Below are positions 33,513-46,449 of a stretch of DNA of 64,000 nucleotides, in pieces. Source of the stretch: Okamejei kenojei (Eukaryota); NCBI GenBank assembly GCA_035221665.1, contig CM069159.1:27838001-27902000 (forward strand), read 5' to 3'. The translations under genes and the position numbers were made by a program. The notes under the pieces were generated by a model. The model was not told the origin of the DNA and ran no database searches. It was given only the letters and a program-made list of their open reading frames with translations. Within the stretch, counting starts at the first letter, position 1. Every line of letters starts with the position of its first letter.

Positions 33513-34388
33513 AGTCACAGGTAGCCAACCAGAAAAAAGCCCCCTTTATTCCCACTCTTTGCCTTCTGCCTGTAATCTAATAACAGGGGAAAGTTGTACA
33601 AGTTGTACAAGTGTTCTGGTGAGTTTCATTGTTTGTATAACTCATTTGCACCTAGCCCACAGCTAACAATAGACTGTTTCCTTGATCATCATTACTTTTT
33701 TGCATATCTTTCTGTTTTTTTGTTCTATCACTCCATATCTCTCACCGTCTATATATCTCGTTTTCTTTTCCCCTGACTCGCAGACTGAAGAAGGGTCTCG
33801 ATCCTAAATGTCACCCATGTCCCGTTGAGTTACTCCAGCATTTTGTGTCTATCTGAAAGAAGGGGAAAGAAGGTGTCCCTGAGTCCGGTGGTGTGCTCTT
33901 TCAAGCTTCTGTATCTTCTGCCCGAAGGAAGCAGGGAGAAGAAGGAATGACAAGTGAAAGGACACGTCTTTGATTAAGTTTGCAGCTTTCCAGAGGCAGC
34001 ATGAAGTGTAGCTGGAGTCAATGATTGGGAATCTGGTCCATGTGAAGGACTGGGCTACATCCACAATTCTCAGCATTTTCCTGTGGTCAGGGGCGGAGCT
34101 GTCCCCAAACCAAGGTGTGAGGTGTCATATTGTGTATGACTGTGCAATATTCCCAATATAATGGTGGCAGCTGGTTTAATTCCACTGCTGCACTCGGATA
34201 CACGCACTGCATCTGTGGTTTGGAAGATTAGAATGCACAACCACATTGTTGCACACACTTAGAGTAATGGCAGGCAGCATTGTTCCAGCCCCCAGCCCCT
34301 CCCCACTTAACCCATGAATACCAGGGGTGGACAGTGGGGTGGTCACTGGAGTGCCTCCTCAGCCACATGGCCTGAATAAGACACTCTG

Positions 34389-34937
34389 GTGTCATTACGT
34401 GTGGTTCTGCAGCAGACAATCAGAACACAATGGGGTGACACAGCATCAGGGAGAAGTGATGAGGAAAATCAAGTGGTGAGGAGCCACGTCACATCTCTTG
34501 ACTCGCACTGTAGTGTCGCAAATTATACCTTTCTTTCAGGATAATGGAGACTATGTGGTGTGTTGTCAGGAAATGATGAGAAAAGAATAACCAAAGTAGC
34601 AGGCAGCTGAATCTCTGTGGGCTTGCGGAAGGGATTTGATTACGTTTATCTCAGGGATTGTTACCAATAGATGACATCCATTGGAATCGAAGGGATGACG
34701 TGACCTGGTTCTGAAGCTGGTTTGAGTGTCGGAGGACAGAACACAGGGTCGGCCATTGTGTGCTAGCCATTCACATTGCCACCATCCTCCTACTGGTGTT
34801 CAGCGGTGCCTTGGTGACAAGCAACTGGTCAAGAGCCAAGTCACGAGTGTTTAATTGGCATATAGTACTGGCAACAGAACAATGAAATTCTTACTTGCTG
34901 CAGCTTAGCAGGCCTGTTAATGCAACAACACACCAAT
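34389..34937 (+). repeat. ~545-bp local duplication, copy 2 (probable donor)
   Basis: Same sequence; the Rex1-like tail at its right end continues beyond the duplicated block. Confidence 0.9.
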
Positions 34938-35999
34938 AAAAATATAATGGTGTGAGTCTTTGATGATACTGGCTGTCTTTTGAGGCAGTGTCGCCTGTAG
35001 ATCCGTCTTATGGTAAGGACGTCAATAACCATGTTGAACAGGTATTCCTTGAACTTACAAATGACATTGCTGTTGTGGTAAAAAGTCATGTATACAGAAA
35101 AAGAACGCAATGTGCTCGGCGGGTCTGGCAGCATCTCTGGAGAACATGGAGAACATGGATAGATGATGTTTCACTTCGGGACTCTTCTTCAGACTGATTC
35201 TGGTGGGGTTGGTGGAGAAAAAGCTCAAAGAGAGGTGGGGGAAGGACAAAGCCTGGCAAGTGATAGGTGGATGCAGGGGTTTTGATGGGAGGACATGGGT
35301 AGGTGGCGTTTCGGATCAAGGCCCTTCTAGAGACTGAAGAAGTGTTGCCGATCCATGTCCTCCAGAGACCAATGCCTGACCTGTTGAGTTACTCCTGCAC
35401 TTTGTGACTTTTGTCGTAAACCAGCTTCTGCAGTTCCTTGAGTCGCCTGGTATCAGGGATTGAAAATGAAGCAAAACAGACAACTTTGGAATGGGAACAG
35501 AGGTGAGGATGAATGGCCTGCTTCTATCCCAGTGCCCTGAACTTCCCACATCTGCTGTCATGTGTTTGGTTGTCTCTTGGCTCTGAAGCCTTTGTGAGGC
35601 GGGCTCGGATCTTAGTGTCCCTGCAAAGTGGCACATATCTCTGAGGACGTTTGACAAAGCACTGATTTTGACAGGCTTTACAGCTATTTTTCCTTGAGGA
35701 ACATTACACAGCATGTCATCAAATTTGTACAGAATCTTTTACCAATATGTTAACACGTGTAAAGCAGGGAAAACAGTCGAGAGTGCTGAAAAAAGTTGAA
35801 TTATGCAATGAGGGGATTAAGTCAGATTTGCACAGATGGGTATCGCTGTGAAGATGCTGTGCCTCATTAACAACTAAGGTCCTCTGAACACTGAGCTTCC
35901 CTATTCCTCCAGAGAATGTGTGGAGATCATCGGTCTCATCTCCCTGACGTGCCATGGGGGGACATGAGATATCATCGGGATGTCACAGATGTCACAGCT

Positions 36000-36560
36000 G
36001 AACAACACGGAAACAGGCCCTTCAGCCCATCTCGGCTTCAGCCCAAGTTGGCTTGTGGAGCTTGTCCCATTTCACTGCATTTGGCCCATTGCCATCTAAA
36101 CCCAACCTATCCATATATCTGTCCAAATTTGTTTTAGAAGTCGTATTTCTGTCCTCTCCCACAGCGTCCTCTGGCAGCTCATTCCAGATACAGGCTGCTC
36201 TCTGAGAGAAAAAGTGGACCCTGGCGTCCTCTTAAATCTCCACCCTCTCACCTTAAGCCTGTGCCCTCTTGAGTTTGAATCCTCTACCCTAGGAATAGGC
36301 TGTGTGCTCACTTTATCCATGCCCCTCGTACACCTCAATAAGATCATCCCTCAGCCTCCTACGCTCCAAAGGAAAAGTCCCATCCTATCCGACTTCTCCC
36401 TATAACTCAAGTCACAAGTCCAGGTAACATCCTGGTGAATCTCTTACATACCTTTTCCAACATAATGGCATCTTTCCTATAGCTGGGTGAGGTGAGCAGA
36501 ACTGCAGAAAGTACCCTGAGGGTGGTCTCACCAATGTAGTCTTTGTGAATGACCAAGTAA
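36000..36560 (-). mobile_element. CR1 LINE 3' fragment
   Basis: PSYRKDAIMLEKVCKRFTRMLPGL and SRGHRLKVRG on the minus strand. Confidence 0.8.
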
Positions 36561-36662
36561 CGCCTGATACTATGTCGGCCTACAGTTAGTGTGTGGCATG
36601 CCATGAATTTTCAAGGTGGAGGCCAGTGTGCCATTTAAGGAATCTGATTCAACGTGAATACT

Positions 36663-36946
36663 GTGTAAGAAGGAACTGCAGATGCTGGTTTAAACCGAAG
36701 ATAGACACAAAAAGCTGGAGTAACTCAGCGGGACAGGCAGCATCTCTGGAAAGAAGGAATGGGTGACGTTTCAGGTCGAGACCCTTCTTCAGACTGGTTA
36801 GGGATAAGGGAAACGAGGGATATAGACGGTGATGTGGAGAGATAAAGAACAATGAATGAAAGGTATGCAAAAAAGTAACGATGATAAAGGAAACAGGCCA
36901 TTGTAAGCAAATAGCAATCATCATTACTTTTTTTGCATATCTTTCA
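36663..36946 (-). mobile_element. Penelope pLTR with an intact hammerhead core and short fold-back
   Basis: Reverse complement of 32750-32960 plus tail; 36918-36946 is an inverted copy of 36858-36885. Confidence 0.85.
36765..36792 (-). ncRNA. Minimal type I hammerhead ribozyme core
   Basis: CUGAAGA-A-GGGUCUCGACCU-GAAAC-GUC on the minus strand. Confidence 0.6.
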
Positions 36947-37724
36947 ACTCTAAAATGAAAACGTTTCTTCTCTTTGAATCTGATTGAAACCTCCTCTCAG
37001 CTAAACCCAACCTTCCTGAAGTCCAATCTGGTGAACCTTTGTAACTTTCCCTCAGTTGCAGGCATGTCCATAACTTCACTAGTTTTAGCTGCAGAAAAGA
37101 GGCCATTTGGACCATCGTCTACTCCATTCAATCATGGCTGATCTGTCTCTCCCTCTCAACACCATTCTCTTGCCTTCTCCCCATGACTCCTGACACCCGT
37201 ACTAATCAAGAACCTGTCAATCTCCTGTCTTTAAAATATCCATTGACTTGGCTTCCACATCCATCAATCTGCAGAAGGGTTTCGACCTGAAACATCACCT
37301 ATCCATCTTTTCCACAGATGCTGTCTGACCTGCTGAGTTACTACAGCACCCTGTGTCCTTTTGTGTAAAACAGCAACTGCAATTCCTTGTTTCTCCAAGA
37401 TGACTCGATTGCAGGATCTGAAGATTAACCAAGTTAAATGCAATTGGCCACAATGTTAATGAATCCTCAGTAAAGCTTGTGGCCGTGCTGGGATTGGGAA
37501 ATACTGCACTTCACATTTATTTATTATTTATAATTCATTAGTATTGGCACAAGAAACTACTCAGAGTTGCACCCAAGGCTGTCTAACAGTCAGCTGTACT
37601 TAAAGTAATGGGCACAGGTTTGATTGTTCATTGATGCAATGAGAGTGGCTGCAGATTACGGTCACCTCCAACATGTGCAGTTCCATCAGAGAAGTGATTA
37701 TAGGCTGGTGGAGTTCAGAATCGT

Positions 37725-37752
37725 CTGAAGAAGGGTCCCAACCTGAAACGTC
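37725..37752 (+). ncRNA. Minimal type I hammerhead ribozyme core
   Basis: CUGAAGA-A-GGGU-CCCA-ACCU-GAAAC-GUC. Confidence 0.6.
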
Positions 37753-37813
37753 ACCCATCTTTTTTTCCCAGAGATTGTCCAGATATCCTTTTTTTCCCCA
37801 AAGTGCTGGAGTA

Positions 37814-38030
37814 ACTCAGTAGGCCAGGCAACATCTCTGGAGAACACGGATAGGTGGCATTTCAGCTGAAGAGGTATCCCGACCCAAAACTTCACCTCTC
37901 CATGTTCTCCCAGAGATTGTCCACTCAGTAGGCCAGGCAGCATCTCTGGAGAACACGGATAGGTGACATTTCAGCTGAAGAGGTATCCCGAGCCAAAACT
38001 TCACCTCTCCATGTTCTCCAGAGATGCTGC
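37814..38030. repeat. Tandem duplication (~109-bp unit) of a Penelope fold-back
   Basis: actcagtaggccaggc...cttcacctctccatgttctcc occurs at 37814 and 37923. Confidence 0.85.
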
Positions 38031-38307
38031 CTGACTCGCTGAGTTATTCCAACACTTTGTGTCTATCTTCAGAGTTGTCCCATCCTGGACATGGCCTTAG
38101 GGTAGACGATCCTTGCGTACGTATTGATAGCTCAGTGACTGGGTGGGTGGACAGTGCATGGATTAATTGTGGGGTCATCCTCTACCACGGAATCAATGGA
38201 AAGGCAGAGGATTCTTCAAAGGGAAGTTTGTTCAGAAGACAGGGATGGTTCTGTTGTTTTGCAATCTGCTGATACATAATCAGAGGGAAAAGAAATTATG
38301 AATTGTG

Positions 38308-38533
38308 TCACCAAAGTGCTCGAGTAATTCAGTAGGTCGGGCTGCATCTCTGGAGAACATGGATAGGTGATATTTCAAGTGAAGAAGTGTCCTGACCTGA
38401 AGCGTCACCTATCCATGTTCTCCAGAGATGCTGCCTGACCCGCCAAATTACTCCAGCACTTTGTGTCTTTTTTGTAGCCCAGGTTACTCCTGCACTTCTT
38501 TTGGAAACAGCATCCGCAGTTTCCCGTACTTCC
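38308..38533. mobile_element. Penelope pLTR fold-back unit with 15-bp TSD
   Basis: aaattatgaattgtg (38293-38307) / aaattgtgaattgtg (38534-38548); inverted arms. Confidence 0.75.
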
Positions 38534-38879
38534 AAATTGTGAATTGTGCCTCCTTTATCATTGCAAAAAAAAAAACACATTTCCACGCCATCTTTTATAG
38601 CTTCACTATGTCTTTTGAACTTGTAACTTATGTATTGAAAACAGAAAATGCTGGAAACACTCAGGTCAGGCAGCATCTGCGGGAAGGGATATAGTAATGT
38701 TTTGGATGAGGGACAGTTCAATGAGCACTTTGGAAGTCCAGTCACTGTTGTAATGCAGGAACAGCAGCAGGTCCCACCCACAGTAACGTGATAATGCCCC
38801 AGGTTACTCTTTGTTGCTCTAATAATCAGGGGTATATATTGAGCAAGATATCCGGACGCACTTGCATTGTTTTCTCTGG

Positions 38880-39560
38880 ATCGTCGGAATTTGAGGTTGG
38901 ACCTAACAGGAGTTTATAAAATCATGAGAGGCATAGATAGGGTAGACAACCAGAACCTTTTTCCAGGATGGAAACGACAAAGACTGATTTCCCCAGGGTG
39001 GAAATGACAAAGCTATAGGGAGAGATTGGGAAAACTAGAACCTTGCTCTTTGGACCATCATAGGCTAAGGGGTGATCTTATAGAGGTGTATAAAATCACA
39101 AGGAGAATTAATAGTGTGAATGCACAGAGTCTTTTACCCTGGGAAGGGGAATCAATAACCAGAGGACTTGGGTTTAAGGTGCGAGTTGAAAGATTCAATA
39201 GGAACCTGAGGGACAACTTTTTCACTCAGAGGGCGGTGGGTTTATGGAATGAGCTGCCAGTGGAGGTAGTTGAGTCTGGTATAATAACAACATTTAAATG
39301 ACACTTGGATGTATATAGAAAAGGTTTAGAGAGATATGGACCAAATGAGGGCAAATGGAATTAGCTTAGATGGGGCATCTTGGTTGGCATGGCCAAATGG
39401 GGAAAAGGGCCTGTTTCAATGCTCTTTGACTGTCTGACTACAACTGTGACTGGACTAGAAGGGAAAGCTTTAAGATGAGAGTGGGAAAAGTGTGGGGCAA
39501 GTTTTTACCTAGGGTGCCTGGAACATGCTTGCAGGGTTGGTGATGGAGGCAGATGCAATA
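38880..39560 (+). mobile_element. Nested CR1 3' fragments
   Basis: RLRGDLIEVYKI...GFKVRVERFNRNLRDNFFTQRAVGLWNELP. Confidence 0.8.
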
Positions 39561-39904
39561 CTGGCAGGAGCTGACAGTTGAGTGTCCAGTGATGCTCCTA
39601 TGTAATTAATATTGACAACCTGTTTTATTAATTTCATATTCTCTATGTGCCTGGCATAGAGTTGTTATCAGGAGAAGGCAGAGGTTATGGGGAGAAGGCA
39701 GGAGACTGAGGTTAGGAGGGAGAGATAGATCAGCCATGATTGAATGGCGAAGTAGACTTGATGGGCCGAATGCCCTATTTCCATTCCTATTCCTTATGAC
39801 CTTATAACCTCATGGAGCTTCTCAGATCCCATAGCTTTTTGTCATGCTATTATCATCCCCCCCCCCCCTCCCACACCCAGGTCTTCACTTATTTCCACCT
39901 CACT

Positions 39905-40380
39905 CAATAGACAATAGGTGCAGGAGTAGGCCATTCAGCCCTTCGAGCCAGCACCGCCATTCAATGTGATCATGGCTGATCATCCCCAATCCTGCCTTCT
40001 CCCCATATCCCCTGACTCTGCTATCTTTAAGAGCCCTATCTAGCTCGCTCTTGAAAGTATCCAGAGAACCGGCCACCACCGCCCTCTGAGGCAGAGAATT
40101 CCACAGACTCACCACTTTCTGTGTGAAAAAGTGTTTTCTCATCTCCATTCTAAATGCCTTACCCTTTATTCTTAAACTGTGGCCCCTGGCTCTGGACTCC
40201 CCCAACATCGGGAACATGTTTCCTGCCTCTAGCGTGTCCAAACCCTTAATAATCTTAGGGTACACAAAAGGCTGGAGAAACTCAGCGGGTGCAGCAGCAT
40301 CTAAGGAGCGAAGGAGATAGGCGCGTTTTGGGTCGAGACCCTTCTTCAGATCCACCCTTGATAATCTTATATGTTTCAAT
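39905..40380 (-). mobile_element. CR1 3' fragment with nested Penelope end (~40258-40350)
   Basis: KGLDTLEAGNMFPMLGESRARGHSLRIKG; (tattgtc)n tail. Confidence 0.85.
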
Positions 40381-41079
40381 AATTCAGAGAATTATCTTTC
40401 TGTCTCCCTTCCTCTTCCTTCACCTCCTACTGTTCCATCATGGGCTCTGCTCATTTGTAATATCTTCCAGCTGTGATGAAGAAGAGGGCTGGAGGGGTAC
40501 AATTTCCGTTCTCCACAGAAGCCAGCTGATGTGCAGGCGATAGTTGTCCAGTTGTCAAGCTTAGGAAAGCTTCCAATTGCACGGGGCGTGAAAGCAAAAG
40601 GTCAAGTACTATCGAATGATTGTCTGAACCCTTCTGCTCTCTGGTGGTTTAATGCAGTAGGTTCAATGGCTGGATCTAACTTAGATTTTGATTTAAGACT
40701 CCGATTCAATTATGGATTTAGTAGGGTTTTTTTTTCCAAAGGGCCTCGCTGAGAGGAGGGAAAGCAGGCAATGCAAGAAATGTTCAGCGAGTCAGCCAAG
40801 ATTCAGGAGGGAAATGGTGCCAATATTTCAGTTCCACGATTATTCAGCAGGTTTCATGACCTTGCCTGATCATTCCAATGAAGAGTATCAACCCTGACAT
40901 TTCAACAGAACATTTCAGATGCTGTACATCTGAAAATTAAAAGAAAAAATATCAGAAGAACTCAGCAGGCCAGGCAGCATCTATGGTGAGAGGAACACAA
41001 TGAACAATTCTGATGAGGGGGGTTCATTCACCCATATCATTATCTCTATTTCCCTTTCCACAGATGTTGCCTGCCCTTC

Positions 41080-41560
41080 TCAAGAGCCAAGTGTTTAATT
41101 GTCACATGTACTGACAACAGAACAATGAAACAATTCCTTGCAACAGCGTAGAGGCCTGTGAATGCAATAAATACAGATAAATACATAATAGAAAAAAACT
41201 CAATGAAATACTGGATAACCATAACAGTGCCAAATCTTCAGCGCAACCAGAGACACAGTCCATGGAAGATCATAGACTGAGTGTTTACCCCATCATACTC
41301 ATTATAGATAGAATATATACAATAACCTAAAATTTCATAAATTAATGACCATAACATTTGTGTAAAAACAAACAAAATACAGTGCACCCAAAGACAGTCC
41401 ACAAAAGATCATTGTTGCCAGGGTTAGTGTTGTGCAGTGTTCAAGAGCCTGATATTTGCTGGAAATAAGCTGTTCTTGAACCTGGAGGTCATTCCCGATT
41501 GCAGGAGTGAAACAAGGGGGTATAGTGGGTATTTGATGATATTGGCTGCCATTTTGTAAA
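41080..41560 (-). mobile_element. Rex1/Babar-like 3' fragments
   Basis: caagagccaagtgtttaattgtc tail (reverse complement) and ctgttcttgaacctggaggtc. Confidence 0.6.
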
Positions 41561-41744
41561 TTCTTTATGTGGTGGGGGGGGGGGGGGGGGGGTGAGGGGG
41601 GGGAGGAGGGAGGTGGGTGGAGGGGGTTAAGGGTCCACTTGCTTAACATTTCGTGGGGAGATAATTTGGTAATCTTCAATGATGAACATTTTCAGTGCTT
41701 TCATTTTAGACCTGAAATCGTATCTTTGATTGAAGATTGATCGA

Positions 41745-42015
41745 AAGATACAGCATGGAAACAAGTCCTTCAGCCCATTGAGTCCACACTGATCGTCGAT
41801 CACCCATTCACACTAGTGCTATGTTATCCCACTTTTGGATCCACACTAGGGACAATTTACAGGGGCAAATTAACCTACAAACCTGCACGTCTTTAGGATG
41901 CGAGCGGAAACCGGAGAATGTGCAAACTCCACACAGACAGCATTTGAGGTCAGGATCGCACCCGGGTCTCTGGCACTGTGAGACAGCATCCCTATCAGCT
42001 GTGTCACTGTGGTGC
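41745..42015 (-). mobile_element. V-SINE copy
   Basis: gatacagcatggaaac tail; gggtctctggcactgtgagacagc head. Confidence 0.8.
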
Positions 42016-42787
42016 TCTCCTTCCTAATGCTGCCTTACCTGCTGAGTATTTTTGTCATTTTCCATTCAGTGGTTATGTCGATGTCTCATTGTCAGCAAGT
42101 CTTGGGTTAAAGTTGCAAATATCAACAGCTGTGGCTCAGTGAGCCAGAAAAGGTACCAAAGATTTCAATGTAGCTCTCACACCGGAGTTCACAGTAGGAT
42201 TGTTTTTTTGGCATAAACTCCAAAATCTGTTTACAATCAAGCGGATATTCCGTTTTTGAAACTTGCAAGGGGGTAGTGTTAGAAGATTTAAAATCAAGGT
42301 TTGTAGGAACGTCTTCCCACAGAGGGGAGGAATCCCTGGAAATTCAGCAGTGTCGTGGAGACGAGATCCCTGAGGCTATTCAAAGATAAAGTAGAATAAT
42401 GAAAGGTCTGTGGTTTGATGGAAGACTGTGTAACTGTGGTACCGTGGCGCAGCAGGTAGTGCTGCTGTCTCACAGCGCCTGAGACACGGGTTTGCTCCTG
42501 ACCAAGGGTGCTGGCTGTGTGGAGTTTGACCAAGTGGGTTTCCTCTGGACGCTCTGCTTTCCTCCCACATCCTAAAGAAGGGTGGGTTTATTGCTATTTG
42601 GACCTCTGTAAATTGCCTCTGTACTAGTTACAAATATAAAGTTATAAAGATAGAAATATTTAAAATTATGAGAGGCTGGCTCTGACTTTCCACACTGAAG
42701 TGTGCTTTGAGTTTAATGCAGAAGTCCAGAAAGCCTCTCAAAATCATCAATGGGTCTCAGGACAAGCTGCTGCCTTAGGAAGCCTAA

Positions 42788-43062
42788 AAGCCCTGTCCCA
42801 CTGTAGGAGTTCATTCAAGAGCTCTCCCAAGTTAAAAAAAAATCAAACTCGTGGTAAGCACGTAGAATGAATGTAGCGGGTATGTCGGAGCTCGGGGACG
42901 GCAGATAAGCTCGGGAAGACTCGTGAAGATTTTTCAACATGTTGAAAAATGTCCACGAGAGCCCCAAGTATCTAGGAGCGGCCATTAGCATAAATCTCCG
43001 AGTTCGAATCAGGGCAAACTCGGGAGAACTCTTGAATGAACTCGTACAGTGGGACAGGGCCA
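42788..43062. mobile_element. Harbinger/PIF-type MITE, family A
   Basis: ~45-bp TIR aagccctgtcccactgtaggagttcattcaagagctctcc / ggagaactcttgaatgaactcgtacagtgggacagggc; flanks taa/tta; second copy at 59116. Confidence 0.8.
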
Positions 43063-44047
43063 TTAGAGTGGAGGATACAAATTGTCCAGCAGCTTCTGCC
43101 AGTTCCTAGTTCACTCCTCCACACCGGCAGCTGATGGTCAATATATAAGTTTCATTAAACTCGATTCTGATCATTAATCCCTGACAGGGCCACCACAAGA
43201 ACCAGATGTTTAAAGTAGAAACATTGCTTATTTATTCTGACAACAAAGTTTCAATCAGAAGACACACAAGGCTTCAGGTGGTAGAATCTGGAGCAAAATA
43301 CAAACTACGGGGGAACACGACAGGTCAGGCAACATCTGTGGAGTCCTGATGCAGGGTCTAAACCCAAAACATTGACCATCCGGCTACCTCCACAGTTGCT
43401 GCCTGACCCTCTGAATTCCTCCAGCAGTTTTAACTATCTGCATTCAGTTACTTTTCAGCTTCTGCAAGCTGTTCAATGCTTGGAAGCTCTTCCAAAGCCA
43501 ATTTCCAAAATGAATGTGCAATAATTGTATTTTGCTCAGCAAAAAAAAAAAGTTCCAATCTAAGTATGGAATTCATTGGGTGAAAGTGCAATGTTGTTTA
43601 ACTGCCCATTACCATAATGGCATTTTGCAATTCAATGATCTAGTACTTGTTCATCCATGTGCAGCCTTTGTGAACTCTCTGGGATTTTAAACTGCAACAT
43701 TAATTAATTCTGATCAAGCTTCAACTGATAAAAGCATTATTATTTTTCAATTGCTTGGCTTAAAGATGAATGTTATGCAACATTACATAGGCAGTCTAAA
43801 AAAAACACTAGGTTATAAAATTCAGCCTTTTTAAAGGCTAACCTGTTACCACTTCCTAGAGTTTCAAGAGCATTTACTTGTCTTTATAGGTGTCAACATT
43901 CATCCCTCTTACTACCTGTGAGACGTATAGAGTCATTTTGAGGATCCAGGTCCATAGTTCCCTGGAAGTGGCTGCTCAGGTGGATAGAATTGTAAATGTA
44001 GGGCTTTTCCTTTTTTTTTGCTGTGACAATTCTTTTGTACGGAATTA

Positions 44048-44330
44048 GTGGCGCAGCGGTAGAGATGCCGCCTTACAGCGCTGGAGAACCGGGTTCGATC
44101 CTGACTACGGGTGCTGTCTGTACGGAGTTTGTATGTTCTCCGTGTGACCGTGTGGGTTTTCTCTGAGATCTTCGGTTTCCTCCCACACTCCAAAGATGTA
44201 AGTTAATTGGCTTGGTAAATTTGAGAATTGTCCCCAGTGAGTGTAAATAGTGTTAATGTGCGGGGATCGCTGGTCGGTGCGGACTCAGTGGGCTGAAGGG
44301 CCTGTTTCTTCACTGAATCTCTAAACTAAA
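44048..44330 (+). mobile_element. V-SINE copy
   Basis: gtggcgcagcggtagag head through ctctaaactaaa tail. Confidence 0.9.
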
Positions 44331-44709
44331 AAATATATATAGACCCAGTATCAGGCTCCTACTAGTGTGGCCTCTTGACTGAGATCAATTAAGAATGGCT
44401 GACACGTTTATGAGATCTCTCAAGCACTCAGCATTAATATTGTTAGTATATCCAAAAATAATTTTGATATTCTAGCAGTAGATCATGTCTCCAGCTTCTC
44501 TCAAGTTAATGTTTTGTTGTGATCTGGGTTTAATTTGAGAACTCCCATGAGTTTCAATAACCTTAGACTCATGGAGTTATATAGATGTCTACCAGAGAAA
44601 TGGCCCTTTTATATTTGGAATTGTGCACTTTATTTTCTGTTGTAGAAAAGTTTATGAACTAAATGTGCGATTTAAGATTCACCACAACAATGACTGAAAA
44701 TAAACAGAA

Positions 44710-44875
44710 GAAAGATGCAAAAAGCTGGAGTGAACTCAACGGGTCAGGCAGCATCTCTGAAGAAAAGGAATAGGTGACGTTTCGGGTCGAGACCCTTCTT
44801 TGGACTGGGGAGTCAGGGGAAAGGGAAACGAGAGAGATATAGATGGTGATATGGAGAAATAGAAGAAATGAATTA
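44710..44875 (-). mobile_element. Penelope pLTR fragment
   Basis: ggtgacgtttcgggtcgagacccttctt core and gggaaacgagagagatatagatggtgat body. Confidence 0.8.
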
Positions 44876-45669
44876 AAATAAATGGGCTTCTTGTGCACCA
44901 GGTTGATTTGTAAGATTTGAATATTAATGATTAGCTCTCTTTCAGACATGAATACTCGTGCACAAAGTAACTTCCCCCCAAAATAACAATAAATTGGCAG
45001 TGGCACTCGAGATTTCTCTGGACAATATCTGTTTTTATTTCACTTTCATACCTAACCCAGGATTAACTACGGCAGAAGAAATTGCAGATGCTGCAGCGCT
45101 GAACATAGAACATGGAACTGTCATCATTATCTGTACCGAACATGACGTCAAGTTAAACATGACACCCTGACTCTAATACTCCACGCCCTGAGCACAGAAG
45201 TCAAGCGTACTATACATATTTTTATACTCTATTCCCATCCGTTGCCACTTTCAATGAGCTGTGGACTTGGATCCCAAGATCGTTCTGTACACCAAGACCA
45301 TTGAGGATTATTCCATTAACAAAATACATTATCCTTACATTTGACCTCCCAAAGTGTAAAAGCTCACACTTGCTTGGATTGATATTCCATCTGCCATTTC
45401 TCTGCCCTTTTCTGCACCAGAACTATATCCCACTGTACACTTTGTCAGCCTTACATATTCTGTTGTGCCACTGCAAGTAAGAATCTCATTGCTCTACCTG
45501 GGACAATAAAACCCTCTTGATTCTTGACTCTTGGACAGTTGACATTTGGTGTCGTGACCTCTCATCTAGTATGACTGACCCCCTGAGTTCCTACAACTGC
45601 TCTTCTTTTTTTGCCTAAGTAATCATTGAGTGCATGAATGTCAAAATGTAGAATTCCTTTACAGTAACA

Positions 45670-45973
45670 GTGGCACAGCGGTCGAGTTCCTGCCTTACAG
45701 CGCTTGCAGCGCTGGAGACATGGGTTCGATTCCGACTACGGGTACTGTCTGTACGGAGTTTGTACGTTCACCCCGAGACCACATGGGTTTTCTCTGAGAT
45801 CTTCGGTTTCCTCCCACACTCCAAAGACGTACAGGTATGTAGGTTAATTGGCTTGGTATGTGTAAATTTGCCCTAGAGTGTGTAGGATAGTGTTAATGTG
45901 CGGGGATCGCTGGTCGGTGCGGACTCGGTGGGCTGAAGGGCCTGTTTCCGCGCTGTATCTCTAAACTAAACTA
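45670..45973 (+). mobile_element. V-SINE, well preserved, 7-bp TSD
   Basis: A box tggcacagcgg, B box ggttcgattcc, V-domain, (ctaaa)n tail; agtaaca on both flanks. Confidence 0.92.
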
Positions 45974-46449
45974 AGTAACATTCCTCAATGTGGCAGTCAA
46001 ATATACAAGATAAATAAAATTCTAATTCAAGGAAGGTACAGTAAGAATTATAACATTAAGCAAATTAACTTGGTTCAATTTACCTTGATAATGTGTTGCT
46101 TCTAGGTAAGTTGATATTACACAAGCTGAATCAAATAACAGAAACTTTTGCCTCATGGAGATTTTTCTAAATTCTTAAATTCATCATTAAATGCATCATA
46201 AAATTGATTGGATTTAAATTAATAAAAATGTGACTAGTTTTAGTTATGGAAATGTACAATTTTGAAACAGATTCTGCAATCACTTTAATGAACGATAATA
46301 ATGTGTTGAAACTAATCATGTCAAAATTGATTTGAAGATCCAGTTTACATTAATAAGATTCACTAAATCCTTGTGCACAACACCTTGGAGTCAGTATTTA
46401 TCAACCTCATCTAATTTCATGCCCTACGTCAGCACTTTTCCCATAGAGA

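Noticed and set aside
41570-41630. Poly-G/C tracts as functional G-quadruplexes (also ~5607, 13881, 15859, 55204)
   Set aside because: Simple homopolymer expansions, mostly inside repeats; lengths are unreliable and there is no evidence of function
45670-45740. tRNA genes at SINE heads (also 3972, 14515, 44048)
   Set aside because: A/B boxes continue directly into the V-domain and LINE-like tail; no complete cloverleaf or T-run terminator
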